Assembly (NCBI GenBank): GCA_024229695.1
Contig: JAAESD010000325.1
Span: 32,958-96,957 of the forward strand
Direction: 5' to 3'
DNA length: 64,000 nucleotides
Source: a bacterium
GTDB taxonomy: Bacteria; Krumholzibacteriota; Krumholzibacteriia; LZORAL124-64-63
This document shows positions 47,235 to 57,274 of the stretch, piece after piece; positions within the stretch are counted from its first letter, which is position 1, and each line of letters starts with the position of its first letter. A program made the position numbers and the translations under genes. A model generated the notes under the pieces. The model made no database searches and was not told where the DNA came from. It saw nothing but the letters and a program-made list of their open reading frames with translations.

Positions 47235-49130
47235 ATGGGCAGAATCATTGGAATCGATTTAGGTACAACAAATAGTGTTGTCAGCGTTATGGAAGGCGGC
47301 GAGCCTGTTGTTATTGCTAATACTGAAGGCAATCGTACCACACCCTCTGTTGTTGCGTGGAGCAAAAATGGGGAGAGACTAGTTGGCTTGCTTGCAAAAC
47401 GACAAGCTGTAACCAATCCTGAGAATACAGTCTATTCAATTAAACGTTTTATGGGTCGCAAGCATAATGAGGTTGCATCAGAAATTTCTGAAGTACCATA
47501 CAAAGTAATTGCTGGATCAAATGGTGATGCCAGAGTGAAAACAAGTGAGGGAGAGTTCTCTCCACCAGAAATCTCTGCTCTGATTTTGCAAGCCTTAAAA
47601 CAAACAGCTGAAGACTACCTTGGGGAAAAAGTTACTGAAGCAGTAATTACTGTTCCTGCTTATTACAATGATAGTCAACGCCAAGCTACAAAAGATGCTG
47701 GCAAAATTGCCGGGCTTGAAGTAAAGCGAATTATCAATGAGCCAACTGCAGCTGCTCTTGCCTATGGGCTGGAAAACAAAAAAGATGCAACAATTGCTGT
47801 CTTTGACCTTGGTGGCGGAACTTTTGATGTCTCAATCCTTGAAATCGGTGACGATGTTTTTTCTGTTCTAGCAACTAATGGTGATACACATCTTGGTGGC
47901 GATGATTTTGACCAAAAAATTGTAGATTTTCTGGTTGACACATTTTTGAAAGAAGAAGGCATTGATTTGGCGCAAGATCCAATGGCTATTCAGCGCCTGA
48001 AAGAAGCATCTGAGAGGGCTAAATGTGAGCTTAGTTCATCTACGCAAACTGAAATCAATTTACCATTCATTACAGCTGATAATACAGGTCCTAAGCACTT
48101 GACTAAGACTTTGACAAGAGCTGCTTATGAGCAACTGGTTGAAGATTTAGTTGAGAGATCAAAGGCGCCTTGCTTGAACTGTATGAAAGATGCAGGTCTT
48201 TCTCCTGCGGACATTGATGAAGTGTTGCTTGTTGGTGGTTCCACCAGGATGCCTGCAGTTAGAGAGCTAGTAAAAAAACTTTTCAAGAAAGAGCCAAATC
48301 ACTCTGTGAACCCCGATGAGGTTGTTGCTATGGGTGCTTCAATCCAGGGTGGGGTATTAGCTGGAGATGATTTGGGCGTTGTACTGTTGGATGTAACTCC
48401 ATTAACATTGGGTATTGAGACAATGGGTGGTGTTAGAACTGCTCTGATTGACAGGAACACTACGATTCCTACAAAGAAAAGTCAGATATTCTCTACTGCT
48501 GCTGATAATCAACCAACTGTAGAGATTCATGTTCTTCAAGGTGAGCGAGAAATGGCAGCAGCCAATAAAACTATTGGTCAATTCCAACTTGATGGGATCC
48601 CGGCTGCTCCAAGAGGGATACCTCAGATTGAAGTAACTTTTGATATCGACGCTAACGGCATTTTGTCTGTTCATGCTACAGATAAAGCTACTGGTAAAGA
48701 GCAGTCAATAAAGATTCAGGCTTCTAGTGGTTTGTCGGATTCAGAGATTGAGAACATGGTGAATGATGCTGAAGCCAATGCTGAAGAAGATAAAAAACTT
48801 CGTGAATTGGTTGATGCCAGAAATGCAGCTGATAGTGCAATCCATCAGAGCAAAAAGAGTATGGATGATCTCGGCGACAACCTGGAACAAGATCTCAAGG
48901 AAGATGTCGAATCAAAAATCAAGGCCGTTGAAGAAACTGTAAAAGGTGACGATGCAGCAATTATTAAAACTGCAACAGATGCCTTGATGCAGTCGATGCA
49001 GGCACTTGCAAGTAAGGCATATGAGAATACATCTGCTGAGACTGAAACAACAGAGGCTGAGGCTAATTCAACTGCTGAAAAAAGCGAACAGTCAGTAGAT
49101 GCTGATTTTGAAGTTGTTGATGAAGAATAG
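47235..49130 (+). CDS. dnaK: Molecular chaperone DnaK (Hsp70)
   Basis: [29 protein letters not shown] signatures. 631 aa. Confidence 0.97.
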   Translation: MGRIIGIDLGTTNSVVSVMEGGEPVVIANTEGNRTTPSVVAWSKNGERLVGLLAKRQAVTNPENTVYSIKRFMGRKHNEVASEISEVPYKVIAGSNGDARVKTSEGEFSPPEISALILQALKQTAEDYLGEKVTEAVITVPAYYNDSQRQATKDAGKIAGLEVKRIINEPTAAALAYGLENKKDATIAVFDLGGGTFDVSILEIGDDVFSVLATNGDTHLGGDDFDQKIVDFLVDTFLKEEGIDLAQDPMAIQRLKEASERAKCELSSSTQTEINLPFITADNTGPKHLTKTLTRAAYEQLVEDLVERSKAPCLNCMKDAGLSPADIDEVLLVGGSTRMPAVRELVKKLFKKEPNHSVNPDEVVAMGASIQGGVLAGDDLGVVLLDVTPLTLGIETMGGVRTALIDRNTTIPTKKSQIFSTAADNQPTVEIHVLQGEREMAAANKTIGQFQLDGIPAAPRGIPQIEVTFDIDANGILSVHATDKATGKEQSIKIQASSGLSDSEIENMVNDAEANAEEDKKLRELVDARNAADSAIHQSKKSMDDLGDNLEQDLKEDVESKIKAVEETVKGDDAAIIKTATDALMQSMQALASKAYENTSAETETTEAEANSTAEKSEQSVDADFEVVDEE

Positions 49131-49144
49131 TTAAATAACTAAGA

Positions 49145-49171
49145 GGGCCGGCCTAGCCGGCCCTTTATTTT
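49145..49171 (+). terminator. Rho-independent terminator after dnaK
   Basis: GGGCCGGC-CTA-GCCGGCCC perfect 8-bp GC stem followed by TTTATTTT. Confidence 0.85.
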
Positions 49172-49387
49172 CGTAAAATAAAAGTTGAAAAAAGAGTAAA
49201 GTATATTTGACTTACAGAAACAAGAGTGATATTGTCTTGTAAGGGTAGAAAATAATTAAATTATTTTCTTGAGAAGTTTGACAAAATAATCTAGGTAGTG
49301 TACAGTCCGTTTAGGATTGGGAAAGTTTTCTCACATCTGCACTATCCCGGTCCTTCGCACGACCTTAGTTTTGGGAGGTGCATAAAA

Positions 49388-50245
49388 ATGTTTGAAGTAG
49401 AATTAAGTATGGATCGCCGCGAAAGCGGTTGCCTTCAAAACTACCTACAGTCAATTGGTCGCTACGACCTAATAACCCGTGAAAAAGAATATGAATTAGC
49501 CCGGCTCATCAAACAAGGTGATCGAGATGCGCTTGATGAACTTGTTAATGCCAATCTGCGTTTTGTGGTAACTGTAGCCAAAAAATTTCTAAATCAAGGG
49601 CTTAGTTATATGGACCTGATTGCCGAGGGGAATATTGGTCTTATCACTGCGGCAGACCGCTTTGACGAGACACGCGAATTTCGTTTTATTTCATATGCTG
49701 TCTGGTGGATTCGACAATCTATTCAGAAAGCAATTGCGGAACAAACAAATACAGTCCGATTGCCAGTCAATAGAACACAACAAGTTCAGAAGATAAAGAA
49801 AATCACGCGAGAATTTGAACAGAAATATTACAGACTTCCGTCGGATTCCGAGTTATCTGAGCGTGTAGAAATACCATTAGTCAAAATGGCCCTGATAAAG
49901 GCAGCAAGCCGACCACTTGCAAGTTTGGATGAAAACATTTTTGATTCGGAAGATATGACACTTTCTGAAATACTGGCGGATGAATCGATGCCAAACCCTG
50001 AGGATGGATTTCTTCAATCAGAAGTAATTTCACTTATTGGGTCAGCTCTTGATATTCTAACATTAAGGGAAAAAGATGTAGTTTCCAGGTATTATGGGCT
50101 TGGAGACCTTGAATCTGTATCACTTGAAACTATCGGTCAGGATTTGAACCTGTCACGTGAAAGAATTCGACAAGTTCGAAATCAGGCTTTGTTTAAAATC
50201 CGGAAACATGTCGATTCAATGGAAACTACCAAGTTTGCATCATAA
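49388..50245 (+). CDS. Sigma-70 family sigma factor, compact RpoD/RpoS-like (regions 1.2-4, no region 1.1)
   Basis: Start at the ATG 9 nt after GGGAGG. Region 1.2/2 YLQSIGRYDLITREKEYELA ... DLIAEGNIGLITAADRFD, region 2.4 ISYAVWWIRQSI, region 4 LETIGQDLNLSRERIRQVRNQAL. About 285 aa. Confidence 0.8.
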   Translation: MFEVELSMDRRESGCLQNYLQSIGRYDLITREKEYELARLIKQGDRDALDELVNANLRFVVTVAKKFLNQGLSYMDLIAEGNIGLITAADRFDETREFRFISYAVWWIRQSIQKAIAEQTNTVRLPVNRTQQVQKIKKITREFEQKYYRLPSDSELSERVEIPLVKMALIKAASRPLASLDENIFDSEDMTLSEILADESMPNPEDGFLQSEVISLIGSALDILTLREKDVVSRYYGLGDLESVSLETIGQDLNLSRERIRQVRNQALFKIRKHVDSMETTKFAS

Positions 50246-50297
50246 TCTATTTGACAGATTGCTTGAGCCAGAATAATTTACGCTTTACTGATTGAGT

Positions 50298-50374
50298 GGG
50301 AGATTAGCTCAGCTGGCTAGAGTACTTGCTCGACACGCAAGGGGTCACTGGTTCGAGTCCAGTATCTCCCACCA
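50298..50374 (+). tRNA. tRNA-Val (anticodon GAC), unusual C at position 33
   Basis: Acceptor GGGAGAT/ATCTCCC, D-arm GCTC/GAGT, anticodon stem CTTGC/GCAAG with loop TCGACAC, TPsiC GGTTCGAGTCC, CCA encoded. 77 nt. Confidence 0.7.
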
Positions 50375-50390
50375 TTAATTGTTGTAAAGA

Positions 50391-50419
50391 GAGGAGTGTC
50401 ATCAGATTCTCCTTTTTTT
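50391..50419 (+). terminator. Terminator-like hairpin after tRNA-Val
   Basis: GAGGAG / CTCCTT stem (one wobble pair), 12-nt loop, followed by TTTTTTT. Lies inside the track's upstream extension of thrS. Confidence 0.4.
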
Positions 50420-50452
50420 GCTAATAGACTTGATGGGAACTGCGGGGTCATA

Positions 50453-52372
50453 ATGTCTCAACTAACACTTACTCTTCCAGATGGCAACTCAATCAATGTT
50501 GAGAGTGGTGCATCTTTTAGCGATGCCGTAGGTACCATTGGAGCTGGCCTTCTTAGAAACTCACTTGCTGTTACTTTTAATGATAAACATTATTCTCTGA
50601 CTGATTTGGTACCCGCTGATGGTTCTCTTTCTGTAATAACAAAATCCAGTGAAGATGGCTATGATACACTCCGCCATTCCGCTGCTCACTTGTTGGCTTG
50701 GGCAGTTCAGGATTTGTATCCTGGAACTAAATTTGCTTTTGGACCCTCTATTGAAAACGGATTTTATTACGATTTCGACAGGGAAGAGCCATTTACTGAA
50801 GAAGATCTGGTGAAAATCGAAAATAGAATGGTAGAATTATCGAAGAATAAGGAAGTTATAAATCGGCACGAAATTACGAAATCTGATGCTGAAGAACTTT
50901 TTGCAGATCAACCATACAAGCTCGAACAAATCTCAGAGTTGGGTGATGAAGCACTCACCGTGTATCAAGTTGGTTCATTTCAGGACTTATGTGAGGGCCC
51001 ACATATTCCGGACACTTCTTCAATAAAAGCAATTAAATTGCTTAGTGTTGCTGGTGCATATTGGCGAGGCAATAGTGACAACAAAATGCTGCAGCGCATC
51101 TATGGTACCGCTTTTTTCAAAAAGAAAGAGCTGGAAAGCCATCTGCATATGCTGGAGGAAGCAAAAAAACGCGACCACAGGAAGCTGGGTCGAGAGCTGG
51201 ATCTTTATGGTATTATGGATGAAGCAGGTCCAGGCCTTTCTTTCTGGTTCCCTCGCGGAGATATACTAAGAGACCAAATTATTGAATTCTGGAAAAACAT
51301 ACACCGCCGGGATGGGTATGTGACAGTTACTACACCACATATTTCCAATGCTGAGCTATGGGAAACATCTGGTCATATGGAATTCTATAGGGATGATATG
51401 TATGTCTTTGAGCAGGATGATAAGCCATATGTTGTAAAGCCTATGAATTGTCCTGGGCATATTCTGATTTACAAGCGCCAGAAACGTGGTTACCGCAGCC
51501 TTCCAGTACGTTATGCGGAACTGGGAACTGTTTATCGAGCTGAACTTAAAGGCACTTTACATGGGCTGATGAGGGTTCGTGGGTTTACACAGGATGACGC
51601 TCATATTTTTTGTACTCCAGATCAGCTGGAAATCGAAGTCTCCAATGTACTGGAACTGACAAAAGAAATCCTTAGTACTTTTGGTTTTACTGAATTCAAA
51701 GTTGAATTATCAGTTAGAGATCCTAAGAACCCTGAAAAATATGCTGGTAGCGATGAAGAATGGGAAATGGCAGAAAAATCCCTAGTTAATGCTATTGAGC
51801 AGCATGGTTTTAATTACACCAGAGAAGAAGGCGAAGCCGTATTTTATGGCCCCAAGATTGATGTGAAACTTATTGATGCTCTAGGCAGGCAATGGCAGGC
51901 AAGTACTGTGCAGTTTGACTTTAATCTGCCTCGCAGGTTCGATGTGACCTATACTGATCAGGATGGTAAGGATAAATACGTTTATATGGTTCATAGAGCC
52001 ATAATGGGATCTCTGGAGCGCTTTATTGGAATTATTACGGAGCACTTTGGTGGTAATTTCCCAATTTGGTTGGCTCCTGAGCAATGTCGGGTAATGTCGG
52101 TCAGTCATGCCCAACATGATTATGCTTCGGAAGTTGTCGATGAACTTCGTCGAGCTGGTGTCAGAGTCGAACTTGATGCTAGAGACGAAAAAATCGGATT
52201 TAAAATCAGAGAAGCTGAAGAAATGAAGATTCCATATATGCTGATTGTTGGTGGCAGAGAACAGGAAACTCATTCTGTTGCTGTCAGATCACGTAAGCAT
52301 GGTGATTTAGGGCAAATTGAAGTAATTGACTTTGCAACAAGAATTCTTGACGAAACAGCAGAAAAGAAGTAG
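50453..52372 (+). CDS. thrS: Threonyl-tRNA synthetase
   Basis: Start at MSQLTLTLPDGN (TGS domain start). Class II motifs and Zn site (HRAIMGSLERFIG). Conserved thrS-infC-rpmI-rplT-pheST order. Confidence 0.95.
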   Translation: MSQLTLTLPDGNSINVESGASFSDAVGTIGAGLLRNSLAVTFNDKHYSLTDLVPADGSLSVITKSSEDGYDTLRHSAAHLLAWAVQDLYPGTKFAFGPSIENGFYYDFDREEPFTEEDLVKIENRMVELSKNKEVINRHEITKSDAEELFADQPYKLEQISELGDEALTVYQVGSFQDLCEGPHIPDTSSIKAIKLLSVAGAYWRGNSDNKMLQRIYGTAFFKKKELESHLHMLEEAKKRDHRKLGRELDLYGIMDEAGPGLSFWFPRGDILRDQIIEFWKNIHRRDGYVTVTTPHISNAELWETSGHMEFYRDDMYVFEQDDKPYVVKPMNCPGHILIYKRQKRGYRSLPVRYAELGTVYRAELKGTLHGLMRVRGFTQDDAHIFCTPDQLEIEVSNVLELTKEILSTFGFTEFKVELSVRDPKNPEKYAGSDEEWEMAEKSLVNAIEQHGFNYTREEGEAVFYGPKIDVKLIDALGRQWQASTVQFDFNLPRRFDVTYTDQDGKDKYVYMVHRAIMGSLERFIGIITEHFGGNFPIWLAPEQCRVMSVSHAQHDYASEVVDELRRAGVRVELDARDEKIGFKIREAEEMKIPYMLIVGGREQETHSVAVRSRKHGDLGQIEVIDFATRILDETAEKK

Positions 52373-52482
52373 ATTTGCCCGGTTGATTAATGTCAGAAAA
52401 ACAAAAAGCAAAAGTAGGTGTTTCTAAGCACCTCACCGTTTTCGGCCATGTTGAGGAAGGAACGGTTCGCGGAAGTATTTTC

Positions 52483-52507
52483 AGCGGACCATTGTGTCCG
52501 TTTTTTT
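52483..52507 (+). terminator. Intrinsic terminator/attenuator hairpin in the thrS-infC leader
   Basis: CGGAC-CATTGT-GTCCG stem-loop followed by TTTTTTT. Preceded by two further hairpins (AGGTG/CACCT at 52416-52433; ACCGTT/AACGGT at 52435-52466). Confidence 0.55.
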
Positions 52508-52545
52508 CTTCCATTTAGTAGAGATATTTCAGGAGGTAGGAAACT

Positions 52546-53067
52546 ATCAAAGATGACAAAAGACTCAGAGTAAACCGGATGATTAGGATACCAAGAGTTC
52601 GCTGTGTTGATGAAAATGGTGAACAGCTTGGTGTTTTGGAAACACGAGAAGCTCTGATGTTGGCTGAGTCACGAGGTTTGGATCTTGTTGAGGTTGCTCC
52701 AACTGCAAGACCGCCAGTTTGTCGATTTATGGATTATGGCAAGTTTCTTTATGAAGCCAGTAAAAAGGCAAAAAAAGCTCGCCAGCAATCGCATACGGTA
52801 AAAGTGAAGACAGTTAAGTTTCGACCAAAAACAGATTCACATGATCTTGAATACAAGACCAATAACATCATCAAGTTTTTGGGGCAGGGACACAAAGTGA
52901 AAATCATGCTTCAGTTCCGTGGCCGCGAAATGACACACATGGAACTTGGTATTGACTCTCTGAAGGAAGTAGTTGAGTCAGTAGCAGAGCATGGTGTGCC
53001 TGAAGGCAGGCCATCCAAAGAAGGCCGCACAGTAACAGTTGTGCTGGCTCCAAGAGTAGAAGGCTAG
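52546..53067 (+). CDS. infC: Translation initiation factor IF-3, probable non-AUG (AUC) start
   Basis: The in-frame ATC at 52546 lies 9 nt after a perfect AGGAGG (52531-52536) and just after an in-frame TAG. Translating from the ATC gives (M)KDDKRLRVNRMIRIPRVRCVDENGEQLG. This aligns with the basic N-terminus of IF3 (E. coli [26 protein letters not shown]). The track's ATG at 52579 would truncate it. Confidence 0.75.
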   Translation: MKDDKRLRVNRMIRIPRVRCVDENGEQLGVLETREALMLAESRGLDLVEVAPTARPPVCRFMDYGKFLYEASKKAKKARQQSHTVKVKTVKFRPKTDSHDLEYKTNNIIKFLGQGHKVKIMLQFRGREMTHMELGIDSLKEVVESVAEHGVPEGRPSKEGRTVTVVLAPRVEG

Positions 53068-53140
53068 TAATAATTCGCCAGTTTGGTATTTACGAACCTG
53101 GCTTATTTTACAATAAGTTGAGTAAACGAAAGGTAAGAAG

Positions 53141-53347
53141 ATGAAGGGTCCAAAAATGAAGACGAACCGCGCTGCAGCCAAAAGGATGAAGCGAACTGGT
53201 TCTGGAAAATTGAAACGCAGCAAAGCATTTCATGGTCACCTTTTGACATCAAAAGATGCTAAAAGGAAACGTGGTTTGAGGAAGTCAACTTTGGTTGCTC
53301 CTGCAGATATGGCAAGAGCTAACAAAATGTTGGCCGGCTCTAAATAG
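53141..53347 (+). CDS. rpmI: 50S ribosomal protein L35
   Basis: (MKG)[23 protein letters not shown]... matches the L35 N-terminus (MPKIKT...). 68 aa. Confidence 0.85.
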   Translation: MKGPKMKTNRAAAKRMKRTGSGKLKRSKAFHGHLLTSKDAKRKRGLRKSTLVAPADMARANKMLAGSK

Positions 53348-53385
53348 TTTAATCAGGAAATTTACTCTCATCAGGAGATAGAATA

Positions 53386-53739
53386 ATGCCAAGAGCGTTA
53401 AATAATGTTGCCGCAAGGCAGAAACGTAACAAAGTAATGAAGAAGGCCCGTGGTTATGTAGCGGGTCGTGGTAGTCAGTTTCGTATGGCTCGTGAGCAAG
53501 TAGAGCGATCACTTGTTTTTGAGTATAGAGACAGGAAAAATCGCAAGCGCGATTTCCGTAGACTTTGGATTGTCCGCATCAATGCAGCAGCCCGTATTCA
53601 TGGGTTGAGTTATAGCAAGCTGATTAACGGTTTGAAACTCGCAGAGGTTGAAATCGATCGCAAACAATTGGCTGATTTGGCAGTGCATGATTTGGCTAGT
53701 TTTGGCAAGCTTGCTGATGTTGCAAAGGCTGCTCTGTAG
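53386..53739 (+). CDS. rplT: 50S ribosomal protein L20
   Basis: [23 protein letters not shown] matches the L20 core. 117 aa. Confidence 0.9.
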   Translation: MPRALNNVAARQKRNKVMKKARGYVAGRGSQFRMAREQVERSLVFEYRDRKNRKRDFRRLWIVRINAAARIHGLSYSKLINGLKLAEVEIDRKQLADLAVHDLASFGKLADVAKAAL

Positions 53740-53782
53740 TCCAGTTTCGTAACTAGGTGTAAGCACGGAAGGAACTGGTCGC

Positions 53783-54808
53783 ATGGAGTGGTTGACTGAA
53801 ATGCGGGAAAATGGTCTTGCTCTAATCGCGGAGATCGATTCTATCGACTCCCTGGAGCAAGTCAGAGTAGAGCTACTAGGGCGTAAAGGTAAATTGACTA
53901 CTCAGCTTAGAGGGTTGAAAGATTTGCCTGATGATGAACGTCCTAAAGCTGGTGCAGCCCTAAATAAGTTGCGCCAGGAATATGAAGTTTTAATTGAAGA
54001 ACGAAAAACTTCGTTTGCAGCGCAAAAAGAAGCTACGTTAGCTGACGGTTGTGATTTGACCTTGCCAAGCGTAGCTCCGGTCACTCCTGGTAACCGGCAT
54101 CCTCTGACATCTGTGATTAATGAAATTTGCGATATTTTTTATGGCATGGGATTCTCACGTGAAGATGGTCCGGATGTTGAATTAGACTATTACAATTTTA
54201 CAGCTTTGAATTTTCCGGACGACCATCCAGCTCGCGATATTCAGGATACTTTTTATATCAATGATAAAGTGCTCCTTAGAACACAGACTTCTCCTGCTCA
54301 AGTGCGAATAATGGAACAACAAACTCCTCCATTGGCGGTCATTGTTCCTGGCAGGGTTTATCGGAATGAAGCTCTGGATGCTTCTCATGTAGCTGAATTT
54401 TTCCAAATTGAAGGACTTTATGTTGGCAAAGATGTAAGTCTTGCTGATTTGAAAACTACTGTACTTCAATTTGTGACACAGTTTTATGGCGATGATGTAA
54501 TTACACGCTTTCGGCCTCACTTTTTCCCATTTACTGAACCATCAGTGGAAGTTGATATGCAGTGCATGGCTTGTCATGGTGATGGATGTAATGTTTGTGG
54601 CAAAACAGGCTGGCTGGAAATTATGGGCGCAGGTATGGTTCATCCCAATGTGTTTAAAGCTGCAGGGTATGATTCTGACAAGTACACTGGCTTTGCATTT
54701 GGACTAGGCATCGATAGAATAGCGATGCTGAAACATGCAATTAAAGACATCCGCTATCTCTATGAAAATGATCTTAGATTTCTTTCACAGTTCAGGAGTG
54801 TACGTTGA
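53783..54808 (+). CDS. pheS: Phenylalanyl-tRNA synthetase alpha subunit
   Basis: Class II motifs (FRPHFFPFTEPS, GLGIDRIAMLK). 341 aa. Confidence 0.95.
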   Translation: MEWLTEMRENGLALIAEIDSIDSLEQVRVELLGRKGKLTTQLRGLKDLPDDERPKAGAALNKLRQEYEVLIEERKTSFAAQKEATLADGCDLTLPSVAPVTPGNRHPLTSVINEICDIFYGMGFSREDGPDVELDYYNFTALNFPDDHPARDIQDTFYINDKVLLRTQTSPAQVRIMEQQTPPLAVIVPGRVYRNEALDASHVAEFFQIEGLYVGKDVSLADLKTTVLQFVTQFYGDDVITRFRPHFFPFTEPSVEVDMQCMACHGDGCNVCGKTGWLEIMGAGMVHPNVFKAAGYDSDKYTGFAFGLGIDRIAMLKHAIKDIRYLYENDLRFLSQFRSVR

Positions 54809-57261
54809 ATATAAGTCTGAATTGGTTAAAAGATTTTGTTACCTGGGATTGCTCTGTTGAAGAACTTGCAGAACAACTGACTCTGGTTGGGCTAAATGTT
54901 GAAGAAATAAGCGATTTTGTCAGGGAGTATCCAGGTGTTGTTGTTGGTTATGTAGAAACTTGTCAGCAGCATCCAGATGCAGACAAGCTCAGCCTCTGTA
55001 CAGTTAATAATGGCGAGTCGGTTTCACAGGTTATTTGTGGAGCAGCAAATGTCAAAGCAGGCATGAATATTGTTTTTGCCCAAACCGGCGCACTGCTTCC
55101 AGGCGGATTTAAAATAAAGAAAGCCAAAATTCGCGGTGTTGAGAGCTTTGGTATGATTTGTAGCGAATCTGAACTTGGGCTTGCTGTTAAGAGCGACGGC
55201 ATAATGGAATTAGCCCCTGATTTGAAACCTGGAACTTCAATTGATGAGTTATTTGGATACAAGGATACAGTTCTTGATGTTGAAGTGACGCCCAATCGAC
55301 CAGATCTTTTGAGCCACCTTGGAGTAGCCAGGGAAGTTGCTGCTATTACGGGCTCTCTGCTTAATACTCCAGAAGTATGGTCGCCACCAAAAGCCGGCAA
55401 GGAAGCTGTCGATTTTACTGTTGAGATTGAAGAGTTTGCAGATTGTTCACGCTATACTGCACATCTTGCCAGAGATTTAAAAGTTAAGCAATCACCTCAG
55501 GAAATGATAAATCGCCTGACGGCAGTTGGTCTAAGACCAATTAACAATGTTGTTGATATAACAAACTATGTGATGTTTGAACTTGGCCAGCCACTGCATG
55601 CCTTTGACTTGAATAAAATAAGCGGGAATCGACTGTTTACTCGTAAATCAAAGGGTGGAGAAAAATTCGTCACTCTTGATGGAGTAGAGCGGGAACTGAC
55701 CGACCAAGATCTCGTTATTGCTGATAGTATCGGGTCTGTTGCTGTTGCTGGAGTTATGGGTGGTCAGAGAAGCGAAGTTGATGAAGACACATCAGACCTC
55801 CTACTTGAAAGCGCGTATTTCAACCCATCGCTGATTAGAAAGACTTCTAGAAGGTTGCAACTGCAAAGTGATAGTTCATATCGATTTGAAAGAACTGTCG
55901 ATTGGGAAAATGTAGATTTTGCAGCCAAAAGAGCTTTGTATTTATTACAAAAAAATGCTGATGCTCATGTAGTCTCAAATTTTGTTGATCGCCAGGACCC
56001 GGACAGAGCAGAACTAAATACTGTTCCACTCAGAGTTGAACAGGTGAACAGGCTTTTGGGCGCAGAAATTACTACAATTGAAGTTGTCGATATTTTAGCC
56101 AGCATTGGTCTGAAGAGCAAATTGCTTGGACAAGCTTCTGATCGGAAAAGCGTTACTGGTCAATTGATGGTAACAATTCCATCATTCCGCAGAGATATTT
56201 TTATTGAAGTTGATTTGATTGAAGAAGTCGCCAGAATTTACGGATTCAATAACCTTAAAATTGAATCGAATTTTAGAAGTGGTACTGGAGTAAAACGCAG
56301 AGAATGCGATCAAGTCCTTGATAAAGCAGCTGACTATTTGACGGGATCGGGATTCTCTGAAATTATAACTTCATCATTTGTATCATTAGAAAATGTTCAT
56401 AACCTGGGAATTGTCGAAGGCGACTATCGTTTTGAAATGATGAGAATTCATAATCCACATCATGGTGGAGAAACTCTTTTGCGGACAACAATGATTCCAT
56501 CTATGCTGGATACAGTTCGTCGCAATATCAATGCAGATGCTGAGATTCCGGTTAAGTTGTATCAGGTAAATTCTGTTTTTCTGCCATCATTAAAACTTGA
56601 GCATGAGTTACGGCATGAAGATGAAAAACTGTTACCTCTTGAGCGAAAGGTTCTGCAATTCGCAATTGCAGGTAAGGAAGAACAAGCTCATCATTCTTTG
56701 CCAATGGTTTTGATGGAGTTGAAGGGGATTGTAGAACAGCTTTCAATTGATATGGGTGAGCAGTTAGTTATTATGCCTGGTGGCGATGAACCGTATTACC
56801 AAAAAGGGCTACAGTTCATACTGAGTAATAGTGCTGGAGACAACATTGGCAGTATGGGACTTGTCTCACGGTCGGTATTGTCAAAATACAATATTGATTT
56901 CCCTGTTTCAATTGTTGAATTGGATTTAGGCAAGTTTGGATTAAATGTACCAACTGTCAAATTTGTCAATTATTCCCGATATCAAGCTTCAACTAGGGAT
57001 TTATCTCTTATTGCTCCTGAAACAGTTAGCTATAAGAGCATAATTGAAGCTGTTGAATACTCAGCCGGAAAGCTCCTTGTTGATGTTGAAATGTTCGATA
57101 TTTATAAGGGAAAAAACATTCCTTCTGGATCAGTTTCTTTAGGAATTCGCTTGAAATTTCAGTCAACCAAGAGTAGCCTGAAGAGCAAAGCTGTTGATGT
57201 AGCAATTAATAAGGTTACAGAACGACTTTCAGGAACGCTTGGCGTCACTATAAGGGACTAG
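54805..57261 (+). CDS. pheT: Phenylalanyl-tRNA synthetase beta subunit
   Basis: 818 aa. tRNA-binding N-terminus, B3/B4, C-terminal FDX-ACB domain. ATGA-type overlap with pheS. Confidence 0.95.
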   Translation: MNISLNWLKDFVTWDCSVEELAEQLTLVGLNVEEISDFVREYPGVVVGYVETCQQHPDADKLSLCTVNNGESVSQVICGAANVKAGMNIVFAQTGALLPGGFKIKKAKIRGVESFGMICSESELGLAVKSDGIMELAPDLKPGTSIDELFGYKDTVLDVEVTPNRPDLLSHLGVAREVAAITGSLLNTPEVWSPPKAGKEAVDFTVEIEEFADCSRYTAHLARDLKVKQSPQEMINRLTAVGLRPINNVVDITNYVMFELGQPLHAFDLNKISGNRLFTRKSKGGEKFVTLDGVERELTDQDLVIADSIGSVAVAGVMGGQRSEVDEDTSDLLLESAYFNPSLIRKTSRRLQLQSDSSYRFERTVDWENVDFAAKRALYLLQKNADAHVVSNFVDRQDPDRAELNTVPLRVEQVNRLLGAEITTIEVVDILASIGLKSKLLGQASDRKSVTGQLMVTIPSFRRDIFIEVDLIEEVARIYGFNNLKIESNFRSGTGVKRRECDQVLDKAADYLTGSGFSEIITSSFVSLENVHNLGIVEGDYRFEMMRIHNPHHGGETLLRTTMIPSMLDTVRRNINADAEIPVKLYQVNSVFLPSLKLEHELRHEDEKLLPLERKVLQFAIAGKEEQAHHSLPMVLMELKGIVEQLSIDMGEQLVIMPGGDEPYYQKGLQFILSNSAGDNIGSMGLVSRSVLSKYNIDFPVSIVELDLGKFGLNVPTVKFVNYSRYQASTRDLSLIAPETVSYKSIIEAVEYSAGKLLVDVEMFDIYKGKNIPSGSVSLGIRLKFQSTKSSLKSKAVDVAINKVTERLSGTLGVTIRD

Positions 57262-57274
57262 TTTACAGGAGATA

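Noticed and set aside
50396-50452. Upstream GTG extension of thrS
   Set aside because: The extension overlaps a terminator-like hairpin plus T-tract following tRNA-Val. The canonical ThrS N-terminus (MSQLTLTLPDG) begins at 50453.
53068-53140. Possible hairpin GCCAG...CTGGC in the infC-rpmI spacer as an L20 operator
   Set aside because: The stem is only 5 bp with a 16-nt loop and has no supporting features. Too weak to call.
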